Origin: Octopus bimaculoides
Lineage: Eukaryota
Direction: 5' to 3'
Assembly (NCBI RefSeq): GCF_001194135.2
Contig: NC_068991.1
Coordinates: 12,865,352 to 12,898,496 of the forward strand
Length of the DNA stretch: 33,145 nt
A program made the translations under genes and the position numbers. The notes beneath the pieces were generated by a model, which saw only the letters and a list, made by a program, of their open reading frames with translations, did no database searches and had not been told where the DNA came from. Shown here one piece after another: positions 10,880 through 22,137 of the stretch (within the stretch, counting starts at the first letter, position 1; the number at the start of each line of letters is the position of its first letter).

Positions 10880-11800
10880 CATAAAAGCACAGGACTGTCA
10901 CAGCTTGAATATCTTTGCTCATGTCATCTGTGCAATGAGGTCTACCTGTGGTATAAAGAGAAGCATTCTTAACATAACTAAGAGTACATCTCAAAGACTA
11001 GCGTTTCTCTTCAGAACCAGAAAGCACTTCAACCCCTAGAAACTACCAGTGCTTTACAAAATTCATTTGAGGGGCTGCTGCTACTCGTCCAGGCAGGTCA
11101 CATGGTGTTGTCGCCATCTCCAGACGCTTAGGCACTGCCAGCTTCCTGTCCAGCCATGTGGTCAAAGAAATGCCTCTTTCTAATGGAACTGGTGTCTCTG
11201 AGTAACTGATATTCTTTGATAATAATCTTTGATAACACATCTTAGCGGTTCAGCAAAAAGAAACTGATAGAATAAGTACTAGGCTTACAANNNNNNNNNN
11301 AGCATGGCCACAGTCAAATAACTGAAACAAGTAAAAGAGTAAAAGAGTAGGTTTAAAACATCTCGTCAAATAAGTCAGCATCAAATCATTAACGCCAAAT
11401 AAGTGGCACCAAAAAACAGCTGTGCCAAAATGTCTTATATCCTGTAGCTACATATACAAGCATCATAGACTACATTAAAAAAAGGTATTCTGACTAGCTG
11501 ACAGGAAGTTAGTCATCAACACACTCTAACCTTTGACCTACATATGTATCTATTATCTCCTCTCTCTACTCTTTTTGTTATTACTACAATAATCTCAGCT
11601 CTTCACATCCACCTGACCTCATGCCATCTACACTCTGGCACTTCTGACTCACACATTTCTCCCTGTCTTGTGTCCTACATTGTGTTCTTCACTCCTGTTC
11701 TCCCTCATGCCCAGTTCTTCCTCTCTAGAACATCAGCCCTTTGGATTTCCCTTCTTCCTGCACTTGCCAAGTAGCAGGCTTTCTACATAGACATTAATCT
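10880..11800 (+). mobile_element. Decayed L2/CR1-group LINE ORF2 C-terminal region, interrupted by a SINE
   Basis: Manual translation from 10971 gives NITKSTSQRLAFLFRTRKHFNP*KLPVLYKIHLR, resembling the post-RT 'ASQKLGFLxRxxxYF...LYKxxIRP' block. Near 11705 it gives HAQFFLSRTSALWISLLP, resembling the terminal 'FFxRTxxLWNxLP' motif. Confidence 0.65.
11242..11350 (+). mobile_element. 3' end of microsatellite-carrying CORE-SINE
   Basis: TTAGCGGTTCAGCAAAA..GATAGAATAAGTACTAGGCTTACAA [gap] AGCATGGCC.CAGTCAAAT.ACTGAAACAAGTAAAAGAGTAAAAGAGT. Confidence 0.85.
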
Positions 11801-11967
11801 TATTGTTCCCCCTAATATTGAAGGACCTATGAAAGATCATAAACACAGCATCTTTTTTCTGACTAAACTATTTGGGTGGGGGGAAGAATGTTAAATAAAT
11901 ATACAACCCAGATGTGGATAATCTAGGACCTAAGTTTTGAACTTTCCAAATTACGTTTGTTAATTGT

Positions 11968-12333
11968 GATGGCACCTGTGCCCAGCATCGCCTTTCTGGC
12001 ACTTGTGCCCACGGCATGTGTAAGGACTTTCGATCGAGATTGTTGCTAGTGCCCCTGGACTGGCTCTTGTGCGGGTGGCACATAAAATAAACCATTTTGA
12101 GTGTGGCTGTTGCCAGCACCGCATGACTAGCCTTCGTGCCGGTTGCACGTAAAAGCACCCACTACAATCTCTGAGTGGTTGGCGTTAGGAAGGGCATCCA
12201 GATGTAGAAACTCTGCCAAATCAGATTGAAGCCTGGTGTAGCCATCTAGTTTCACCAGTCCTCAGTCAAATCGTCCAACCCATGCTAGCATGGAAAGCGG
12301 ATGTTAAACGATGATGATGATGATGATGATGAT
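11968..12333 (+). mobile_element. RTE family A 3' UTR units plus complete 3' tail ending in (GAT)n
   Basis: Hairpin units, then GCACGTAAAAGCACCC...GGAAGGGCATCCAG...CCCATGCTAGCATGGAAAGCGGATGTTAAACG(ATG)n. Confidence 0.88.
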
Positions 12334-12523
12334 ATATATATATATATATATATATGTACCCATCTCTCATTTACATGTTATTCTGTCTATTGATACATTC
12401 ATCACTTCCTCCATTTAGTTATATATCTTCCATTTTCAAACTCATTTATTTTGTCTATCTATCTGTCTGTCTGTCTGTCTACATACACACACACACACAC
12501 AAATATATATACACACTAGGAGA

Positions 12524-12571
<48 letters not shown>

Positions 12572-13145
12572 NNNNNNNNNNNNNNNNNNNNNNNNNNNNN
12601 NNNNNNNNNNNNNNNNNNNNNNNNNNNNNNNNNNNNNNNNNNNNNNNNNNNNNNNNNNNNNNNNNNNNNNNNNNNNNNNNNNNNNNNNNNNNNNNNNNNN
12701 NNNNNNNNNNNNNNNNNNNNNNNNNNNNNNNNNNNNNNNNNNNNNNNNNNNNNNNNNNNNNNNNNNNNNNNNNNNNNNNNNNNNNNNNNNNNNNNNNNNN
12801 NNNNNNNNNNNNNNNNNNNNNNNNNNNNNNNNNNNNNNNNNNNNNNNNNNNNNNNNNNNNNNNNNNNNNNNNNNNNNNNNNNNNNNNNNNNNNNNNNNNN
12901 NNNNNNNNNNNNNNNNNNNNNNNNNNNNNNNNNNNNNNNNNNNNNNNNNNNNNNNNNNNNNNNNNNNNNNNNNNNNNNNNNNNNNNNNNNNNNNNNNNNN
13001 NNNNNNNNNNNNNNNNNNNNNNNNNNNNNNNNNNNNNNNNNNNNNNNNNNNNNNNNNNNNNNNNNNNNNNNNNNNNNNNNNNNNNNNNNNNNNNNNNNNN
13101 NNNNNNNNNNNNNNNNNNNNNNNNNNNNNNNNNNNNNNNNNNNNN

Positions 13146-13476
13146 GTGCCACCCGCACAAGCCAGTCCAGGGGCACTGGCAACGATCTCGCTCGAAAATC
13201 CTACAGGAGCCAGTCAGGCGGTACTGGCAACGGCCACGCTCAAAATGGTGCATCTCATGTGCCAACCGCACAAGAACCAGTCCAGGGGCACTGGCAACGA
13301 TCTTACTTGGCTTGCCGGGTCTTCTCACGCACAGCCCATTTCCAAAGGTCTCGGTCCGTAGTCATCGCCTCGGTGAGGCCCAATGTACGAAGGTCTTGCC
13401 TCACCACCTCAGCCCAGGTCTTCCTGGGCCTACCTCTTCCACGGGTTCCCTCAACTGTTAGGGTGTGGCACTTTAT
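13146..13476 (-). mobile_element. RTE LINE (family A) ORF C-terminus plus start of 3' UTR array
   Basis: KCHTLTVEGTRGRGRPRKTWAEVVRQDLRTLGLTEAMTTDRDLWKWAV is the RTE-clade 'GxRxRGRPxxxW...DRxxW' C-terminus. The stop at 13303-13305 is followed at once by the tandem units. Confidence 0.88.
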
Positions 13477-13629
13477 ATATGCACGTGGATAAAGTTGCAC
13501 TCTTTTAATGAGTATGCATGTCATTTAATACATAATTGTGTGTGTGCTTTCTTACTGTTTATGCATTTGGTGTGCACATGCATGTATTTCACATGTATTC
13601 AGGATCGTATGCATGTTTTTCAACCCGAG

Positions 13630-14190
13630 AACTTCAAATAGAGAATCTTTGGAATGCTTTTAGAAATTTTCATTGTAACTCTAATCAGTTGTATTTGCCG
13701 AATGTGAATCGCTTTACTCTGTTAGTGTTTTGTAAAATCTCAGCAATTTCTAAGTTTTTATACAGATCTGTTGTTACATAGTCCAGTACACCTATGATAA
13801 CAAGTACAAACGAAAATCTATAGTCTGGCTATCAGAGCTGTAGGTTTCTCATTAGTTCTGCATAGCTGCTTCTTTTCCCTCATTCTTTGGTGAGATATTC
13901 ATGTTTGTTGGGTAGCTGATCTCTACAGCAGTGTGTGATTTTTGTTCCCTGTCTCATATGACAATATCTTGTTTGTTGTGCTTATACTGAGTTTCTGCTT
14001 TTATTGGACTGTTCTGTCAGTATTCTTTATTTTGAAAGATAGGGATACATTCTGGTCCTGGTGCGCGTTTGATGTAGCTATCAGGATAACTCTTCCTGCG
14101 TATAGCATTGGAGACAGTCTCAGTGACAATATCATGTCTCATGGGAAGTTAGTATCTTGTGGGTATTTTTGGATAGTCACTGATGATGTG
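13630..14190 (-). mobile_element. Decayed restriction-like endonuclease (RLE) domain of an R4/Dong-like non-LTR retrotransposon
   Basis: Manual translation: HIISDYPK...RY*LPMRHDIVT...HNKQDIVI*DR...AVEISYP...(shift)YAELMRNLQL..PDYRFSFVLVIIGVL. This matches the end of the CCHC knuckle, the RHD motif, the PD..D and E motifs and 'PIIIGALG' of RLE elements. It has several stops. Confidence 0.75.
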
Positions 14191-14191
14191 A

Positions 14192-14390
14192 GAGGCACAT
14201 GGCTTAGTGGTTAGGGTGTTAGATTCATTATCAAAAGACTGTGGTTTCAATCCCTGTACCAAGTGATGCATTGTGTTCTTGAGCACACATTGCTTCAGTC
14301 CACTCAGCTGGTAAAAATGAGTAATCCAGCATCTTGTCCAGGGAGGAATATATATACCAGAGAAACCAGGAAACTAACCCCATTTTCTTT
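14192..14390 (+). mobile_element. tRNA-derived CORE-type SINE (diverged)
   Basis: GAGGCACATGGCTTAGTGGTTAGGG, GTGGTTTCAATCCC, TTGTGTTCTTGAGCA and CAGTCCACTCAGCTGG..AAATGAGT. Confidence 0.75.
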
Positions 14391-14920
14391 ATAAAGTAAT
14401 GTGGACTAACCACTGATGGTGTGGGTGATATACTGTAGCAGGGCCTTAAGGGCTAAAATGAACATGCCAGAGTTATGCTCCCTCATTCTGTCATTGGTAG
14501 GTGGCGCTATGATGGCAGTTCTGCTAGGGAGGTATAAAAACCCTAGAGGGTTTGTTTTTTTGCCACTCTTGCTCCTGGGCAGTTTGACTTGTCAACTCAC
14601 ACAGCCAGCTAGGACTGCTAGCTCACTTCACCTTTGGCCATTACTGCTACCACATTATGTAGCTGGTGTATTTCTTACTCTCTCCTTTTTCAGCGTTACT
14701 CACATATGATGTAACCATGTTTGTACAACTGTGATTTATTCACATCCACCTTTGTATGAACACAGTTACAAAAACTTGTTGATCAACTTTAAATCAGTGT
14801 TGTTTGTCCCACCAGTGCATGCACTTTAACACAAACAAGAACACCGGATTCGTGTTCACTCTTCACTAAAATACAATAAACATTTTCTGTCACACCTTAG
14901 AATTTTAGATATATTCTTAT

Positions 14921-15149
14921 TTCTTTATTGCTCACAAGGGGCTAAACACAGAGGAGACAAACAAGGACAGACAAATGGATTAAGTCAATTACATCGACCT
15001 CGGTGCGTAACTGGTACTTAATTTATCGACCCCCGAAAGGATGAAAGGCAAAGTCGACCTTGGCGGAATTAGAACTCAGAATGTAACGGGGGACGAAATA
15101 CTGCTAAGCATTTTGCACGGCGTGCTAACGTTTCTGCCAGCTTCCCGCC
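14921..15149 (-). mobile_element. Full-length tRNA-derived SINE (separate family) with 18-bp TSD
   Basis: Head GGCGGGAAGCTGGCAGAAACGTTAGCACG; central GGTCGACTTTGCCTTTCATCC..GGGGTCGATAAATTAAGTACCAG. TTTTAGAT(A/G)TATTCTTAT lies at 14903-14920 and 15150-15167. Confidence 0.9.
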
Positions 15150-15429
15150 TTTTAGATGTATTCTTATCTTTCTCATCGACCAGGTGTTTAATAGCTATTC
15201 GTGTTCTTGAATAGCAAAGGCAATGCATTGTACATAAGATGGGATGTGTTTATCACAGGTCCAAGAGTCGCTATTATCCTTCTCAATGTATCCNNNNNNN
15301 NNNNNNNNNNNNNNNNNNNNNNNNNNNNNNNNNNNNNNNNNNNNNNNNNNNNNNNNNNNNNNNNNNNNNNNNNNNNNNNNNNNNNNNNNNNNNNNNNNNN
15401 NNNNNNNNNNNNNNNNNNNNNNNNNNNNT

Positions 15430-15575
15430 ATATATAATGGGCCTCTTTCAGTTTCCCCTCTCCCAAATCCACTCTCAAGGATTCTGTCTCTGCATTTGCC
15501 CAAAGTGCAGCCCGCTGGGACATAACTCAAGACCAAATAGTTGGTAAGCAAGCTTTTCAAGCGCATAGTCACACC
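15430..15575 (-). mobile_element. Diverged 5' half of microsatellite-carrying SINE
   Basis: GGGC.TCTTTCAGTTTCC...CCAAATCCACTC.CAAGG...TTGGTAAGCAAGCT matches 25768-25910. Confidence 0.7.
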
Positions 15576-15884
15576 TACTAAATAAATGCAAAAGTTATTT
15601 GAGTGCATCCAATCAAATCTTTGATTATATTCAAAACTAAGAACACAAGACAGAGTGATTCATTTGAAAGAAGGTCACGACAGAGTTAAATGCTTATGCA
15701 ACTAAATTAAGTCACTTCAAAGGGAACATAAGGAAAAAAATAGAACAAGCAGTTTCCATGTGGATGATAAGTTCAATTATTATATAAATTAAGAAGGATG
15801 TTAAATTATGTAGGTTCTTTTTTTTTTTTCCTGTGAGTAATATCCATTTTATATCAAGTAGATGTGTTTGTTTCAAGTAGGTCT

Positions 15885-15911
15885 GTATATGTGTGTGTCT
15901 GTATGTGTGAG

Positions 15912-15951
<40 letters not shown>

Positions 15952-16156
15952 TGTTTGCGTATGCATGTGTGTGTCTACAAGTGATGTGCATGCATAAATG
16001 TATATATATATGTGTTTGTGTGTGTGTGTGTGTATGTTAATGCATGATTGTATATACATACATACATATATATATATATATGTATGTATGCATATATGTA
16101 TATATGTTTGTATGTATGTATGTTTGTATGCATATATGTATGTGTGTATGTATATC

Positions 16157-16200
<44 letters not shown>

Positions 16201-16270
16201 CATTCATGTATATGTGTGTGTATATATATAATATGTATATATTGATACAATATATATAAACACACACACA
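15885..16270. repeat. (TG)/(TA) compound microsatellite
   Basis: Read directly. Confidence 0.9.
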
Positions 16271-16434
16271 CTCACCCACAGACATATCATCCATTCTTAT
16301 TATTATGATCATTAATAGGACACATTTCTAACTTCCATCCATTTCTGTCCGTCCGTCCCCTCCCACGACCCATTTTCTTTCTCACTGTCTTCACAATTTG
16401 CAGCTAACTTTCACCATCATTGTATCTTCAATAG

Positions 16435-17168
16435 CAAAGAAAGAAAGAATGAAAGAAAGAACAAAAGAAAGAAGGAAAGAAAGAAGGAAAGAAAGTAAGA
16501 AAGTAAGAAAGAAAGAACGAAAGAAAGAAAGAATAAAAGAAAGGAAGAACCAAAGAAAGAACGAAAGAAAGAAAGAACGCAAGAAAGAATGAAAGAAAGA
16601 AAGAAAGAAAGAAAGAAAGAAAAAACGAAAGAAAGAAAGAATAAAAGAAAGGAAGAACCAAAGAAAGAATGAAAGAAAGAAAGAACGCAAGAAAGAAAGA
16701 ACGCAAGAAAGAAAGAAGTTAATGAAAGAGAAAGAAAGAATGAAAAATGAAGGAAATTAAGAAAGAAAAAGTTAAAGAAAGAAAGAAGGTAGGTAAGAAG
16801 AAGGAAAGAAGAAGGAAAGAAGAAGGAAAGAAAAACAGAAGGGAAGAAGAAATTGAAGGAAAGAAGAAAGAAAGACAAATGGAGGAAAGAAAGAAATTAA
16901 GAAAAATAAAACGAGTTGTGAATGAAAGAAAGAAATATGAAAGAGGAAAAAGGGGAAAATATCATTCTTTCTATTTTATATAATTTCTTTTTGAAGAAGG
17001 AAAAATGTGAAAAAGTAAAAATAAAATAAATACATTAAAACAATTTTACAAATTACAAAGCTTTTTGAAAGACGGTCCTGAAGGAAAAGTGAATGAAAAG
17101 GAAGAAGAAAAAAGGGGGGGTGAGGAGGAGAAAGAGTAGGAGAGAAAGCATAGGAGACAGGGAGGGAG

Positions 17169-17207
<39 letters not shown>

Positions 17208-17301
17208 TAGGAGATAGAAAGAGCAAGACAGAGAGAGAGCAGGAGATAGAAAGAAGTGAGATAGAGAAAGTGGAGGAGGATAATGAGACAGAAGAGATAG
17301 A

Positions 17302-17340
<39 letters not shown>

Positions 17341-17392
17341 GGGAGAGAGAGAGAGAAAGAAAGAGGGGAGAGAGAGAGAGAAAGAAAGAGGG

Positions 17393-17423
<31 letters not shown>

Positions 17424-18122
17424 AAGGAGATGGAAATTCTGAGAGAGAGATTGAAAGTCATTGAGAGACAATTTGAAATCAAAGAAGATTCAGTGAGAGA
17501 GTGTTTGTGAGAGAAAGAGAGAGTTAATAGTTTGTATGAGGGAGAGAGAGGAGAGAGAGAGATTAAGGAATATTGTATGAGAAAGAGGAGTGAGAGAGAG
17601 AGAGACAGAGACAGAGAGAGAAAGAGAGAGATTGAAAGAGATAGAAATTTTGAGAGAAAGAAAGAGAGATAATAGTCTGTATGAGAGAGAGAGAGAGAGA
17701 CATTGAAGGAGATGGAAATTTTGAGAGAGAGAAAGAGAGATAATAGTCTATATGAGAGAGAGAGATTGAAAGAGAAAAATTGAAAAAGAAAGAGATGGAA
17801 ATTTTGAGAGAATGATTGAAAGATATTGAATGATAATTCAGTGAGAGAGTTTTAGTGAGAGAAAGAGAGAGATAATAGTCTGTATGAGAGAGAGAGAGAG
17901 AGAGAGAAAGAGAAAGAGAGAGAGAGAGAAATTAAAGGAGATGGAAATTTTGAGTGAGAGAGAAAGAGAGAGAGAGAGAGACTGAAAGACACTGAGAGAC
18001 AATTTGAAATCAAAGAAGATTCAGTGAGAGAGTGTTTGTCAGAGAAAGAGAGAGATAATAGTCTGTATGAGAGAGAGAGAGAGAGGGAGGGAGATTGCAA
18101 CACAGATATTGAGAGAGAACAT

Positions 18123-18161
<39 letters not shown>

Positions 18162-18350
18162 ATAGTGAATGAGATAGCGATATTACAAAAAAAAGAAAAA
18201 AAGAGAGACAGAGAGAGAGAGAGAGAGATTGAAAAAGAGGAAGAGGAAGAGATTGTAAAAAACTGAGAGAGAGAGAGAGAGAGACTAAGGAAGACTGAAA
18301 GTGAGGATGCGTGTGAGAGAGAGAGAGAGAGAGAGTTAATAGTCTGGAAG
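16435..18350. repeat. About 1.9-kb purine-strand tract: (GAAA)n then (GA)n with higher-order units
   Basis: Recurrent TAATAGT(C/T)TGTATGAG and GAGATGGAAATT(T/C)TGAG; a ~55-bp duplicate at about 17463 and 17994. Confidence 0.9.
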
Positions 18351-19334
18351 ATGAAAGACTTCAAAACTTCAAAGAATGCAGGAACAATTTTATCATTTAC
18401 CAATATCTTGGAGTCGCCTTATTTAAACACAGCACTTACCCCGTTTCCTTGAGGGAAGTGGTATTTTGTCTCATTCCACTTCTCTTTCCCCCCCTCTCAC
18501 TTTCTCTCTCTCTCTCTCTCTCTCTCTNNNNNNNNNNNNNNNNNNNNNNNNNNNNNNNNNNNNNNNNNNNNNNNNNNNNNNNNNNNNNNNNNNNNNNNNN
18601 NNNNNNNNNNNNNNNNNNNNNNNNNNNNNNNNNNNNNNNNNNNNNNNNNNNNNNNNNNNNNNNNNNNNNNNNNNNNNNNNNNNNNNNNNNNNNNNNNNNN
18701 NNNNNNNNNNNNNNNNNNNNNNNNNNNNNNNNNNNNNNNNNNNNNNNNNNNNNNNNNNNNNNNNNNNNNNNNNNNNNNNNNNNNNNNNNNNNNNNNNNNN
18801 NNNNNNNNNNNNNNNNNNNNNNNNNNNNNNNNNNNNNNNNNNNNNNNNNNNNNNNNNNNNNNNNNNNNNNNNNNNNNNNNNNNNNNNNNNNNNNNNNNNN
18901 NNNNNNNNNNNNNNNNNNNNNNNNNNNNNNNNNNNNNNNNNNNNNNNNNNNNNNNNNNNNNNNNNNNNNNNNNNNNNNNNNNNNNNNNNNNNNNNNNNNN
19001 NNNNNNNNNNNNNNNNNNNNNNNNNNNNNNNNNNNNNNNNNNNNNNNNNNNNNNNNNNNNNNNNNNNNNNNNNNNNNNNNNNNNNNNNNNNNNNNNNNNN
19101 NNNNNNNNNNNNNNNNNNNNNNNNNNNNNNNNNNNNNNNNNNNNNNNNNNNNNNNNNNNNNNNNNNNNNNNNNNNNNNNNNNNNNNNNNNNNNNNNNNNN
19201 NNNNNNNNNNNNNNNNNNNNNNNNNNNNNNNNNNNNNNNNNNNNNNNNNNNNNNNNNNNNNNNNNNNNNNNNNNNNNNNNNNNNNNNNNNNNNNNNNNNN
19301 NNNNNNNNNNNNNNNNNNNNNNNNNNNNNNNNNN

Positions 19335-19375
<41 letters not shown>

Positions 19376-19620
19376 TTATATATATATATTTATTTATTTA
19401 TTTATGTATATATATTCACATACACACACATGAAATATTAACACTGTGTGTGCAAAGACATGTGCACACACACATATTTATATATAAAGTGACATAGTTG
19501 TTTCATATGCATGTTACACACACACACACACACATAGAAGATGCTAGTTTATGTAAAAGGTTCATGATATTCTCTCAAGAACATGACCATTGACAGTATG
19601 CATTGAATGGCAGCACCACC

Positions 19621-19652
<32 letters not shown>

Positions 19653-20041
19653 AAACACCAATATTGACTTGTTTCCTTCTTGTATTTTTTCCCTTTCTAT
19701 ATTTCCTACTCTCACTATCATATGTACAATATATTAAAGATTGTGTCACCCGCTTACCTACAATTTTATGATTCTGTTATACTCTTTTACTGGCTTCAGT
19801 TAACAGAGTGCAGCAATTCAGGAGCAGTCCACAACCTTCAAGGTTATATGGTTGGTCAATAAAATCAATCCCAATATTTTTATTCAGTACCTATTGCCTT
19901 AAACTTAAAGGGGTGGATGTTGAAGTCAACTGGACATAAACAAGATTTACGCAAGACCGGTAGAGACACTTCTGTGTACTTTTGTTTGAAGCCTCAATTT
20001 TCTCTCATCTTATGGCAATGCAGTTGCAAATACACATGCAG

Positions 20042-20082
<41 letters not shown>

Positions 20083-20518
20083 TGTGCACAGTCACACATG
20101 CAGTCTGACGAGGGCAAGCATACTGAAACTTCAAAGTTACTGCCAACTCTTCGTCTTGTAAAAATTTGATAAACATGTACTCTACTAAAAAGTATTGAGT
20201 AATCTTTCATCTTAAAGTTAAGTTGTTTTTATATATAACTTGGCATAAAAACAATCATTAACACACACACACACATACATACATACATAATTATAAATTG
20301 TAGTTAGAATTAGTAGTTCTTTGACTGCTGTTTCTAAATTTTCAGTATGTTGGTGAAGCAACTCATGCTGATCCCTATATGTTTATAATTATAAATGGTT
20401 TACCGATAAAGGTTTTTTTTGCATAATGAACTACTTGGCAAAGTTGTTAATTATTAATTTTATTAACTAATTGGCAATTCCCTGCCCTATATCTATATAC
20501 ATACATACATACATCTGT

Positions 20519-21548
20519 GAGTACAGCACTGAATGTAGCGTATGTGTAGATGTCTATCAGTGCTCAGTTCTGTCTCCTCTTCTATATGCCACGGTCCTCA
20601 AAAACCACATGAAAGAAATTTAAGACCAGCTGCCTGTGAGAATACCATTTTACCAATAACTTAGTCCTCAGAGGTGAATATGTTGTAGAATTGGAGGAGA
20701 AGAAATTCCAGATCTGTAAGTAAAACCTAGAACCAAGGAAACTTCAAAGTTGGCAAAGACTAAAATATTGATGAATAGGAAAGTAGACAAGACAATACTA
20801 TCTTCAGAGAAACGGCCCAGCTTGATATGCAGGAAAGAAATAGGTAATAATTCTTTACCCCATGTAAAGCATGGACACACAAAAGGTGCAGTGGAATCAT
20901 AGACAGGCTAACAGAGAAGGCAGACTGTATACAGCTGATGCACAGGAGCAATAAACATAAAGAGTACTTTGGAAATAGATTCTTTCAAATGCCTAGAAGG
21001 CGTCTTAGTTGTAGTTGAAAGCTCTTATTACCTCTGTGATCTAATTAGCAGTGGCTATTGGAGTTCCAAAATTATAGTAGCCAGAGTAAGAACCAGGGAG
21101 CTATTATAGCGTCTGATAAACAAAAAATTTCTTTCTTTAAGTGAAAAGCAGTTTGTTTGATGCTTGTGTATGAATGGTGATGCTGCATACTCATGAGATG
21201 TAATTGGTCTTGAATGCAGAGGATTTGCAAAGATGAGGAAGAAATGAAGTGTGGATACTCAGACGAATGTGTAACACTTTGTAGATATGGATGACAGAAT
21301 ACAAATGAGTTGACAGAAAAAACTGGATGTGAGAGGAATCGAATGTAATGCATAAGAGTAAAGACTGCTGACACGTAAAAGCACCTACTACACTCTCTGA
21401 GTGGTTGGCGTTAGGAAGGGCATCCAGCTGTAGAAACTCTGCCAAATTAGATTGGAGCCTGGTGTTGCCATCCGGTTTCACCAGTCCTCAGTCAAATCGT
21501 CCAACCCATGCTAGCATGGAAAGCGGACGTTAAACGATGATGATGATG
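20519..21548 (+). mobile_element. Decayed RTE LINE (family A): RT motifs, Cys/His insert, thumb, joined to the 3' tail
   Basis: Manual translation: DVYQCSVLSPLL (cf. GVHQGSVLSPLLF), FTNNLVL (cf. YADDLVL), KTKI..., CRKEIGNNS..CKAWTHKRCSG. A young-looking tail at 21371-21548 ends in (GAT)n. Confidence 0.8.
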
Positions 21549-21607
21549 CCTATGAAGGATGATGCCTGTATATAGAGTGCAGGGTTTTCGAAGTGATTGG
21601 AACTTGA

Positions 21608-21645
<38 letters not shown>

Positions 21646-21787
21646 GAAAGAGGGGAGGGAGAGGGACCCTGTATTTTATGAAATGAAATGAAGACTGATT
21701 TCAGGATGCTGCTCTTCACAGAGGAAATTACAAAGGTTCAAGATGATTGGTGAAATGCAAAGCTGGAGAAGACCCACTCACCCACAT

Positions 21788-22137
21788 AAAAAGGTAAAGG
21801 GTAAAGACCCCCTTCGGTCATGAACAACCATGGGATTGCACCTAGAAGGTTCCCCTCTGAGGCTCAAGTCTGGACAAGGCTGTTCATGGAAGACCAGCAG
21901 TCACCCATGCATACCAGCCTCCCCTCTCCACACCACTGATGTTATCCAAGGGAAAGGCAAAGGTTGATACAGCTTGGAACCAGTGATGTTGCAACTCATT
22001 TCTACAGCTGAGTGAACTGGAGCAACGTGAAATAGAGTGTCTTGCTCAAGAACACAACACACAGCCCAGTCCAGGAATTGAACTCAGTACCTCATGATTG
22101 TGAGCTTGATGTTCTAACCATTGAGCTATGCACCTTC
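21788..22137 (-). mobile_element. Full-length CORE-SINE with RTE-like 3' tail
   Basis: Head GAAGGTGCATAGCTCAATGGTTAG, B-box GAGTTCAATTCC, core GTTGTGTTCTTGAGCAAGACACT, tail CCCATGGTTGTTCATGACCGAAGGGGGTC(TTTACC)n. Confidence 0.88.

Noticed and set aside
14495-14510. CTCF-like motif GGTAGGTGGCGCT
   Set aside because: A single partial match in 33 kb is not distinguishable from chance.
15195-15293. Possible CR1 C-terminal remnant (..LMYNALPLLFKN) on the minus strand
   Set aside because: Too short and cut by a gap; only one weak motif.
16391-18403. Lys/Glu/Arg-rich and Phe/Leu/Ser-rich ORFs
   Set aside because: Translations of (GAAA)n and (GA)n, which lack stop codons by composition.
2166-19497. 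Long ORFs of 200-365 aa in the track that contain X runs
   Set aside because: They are read-through of N-gaps flanked by microsatellites, not genes.
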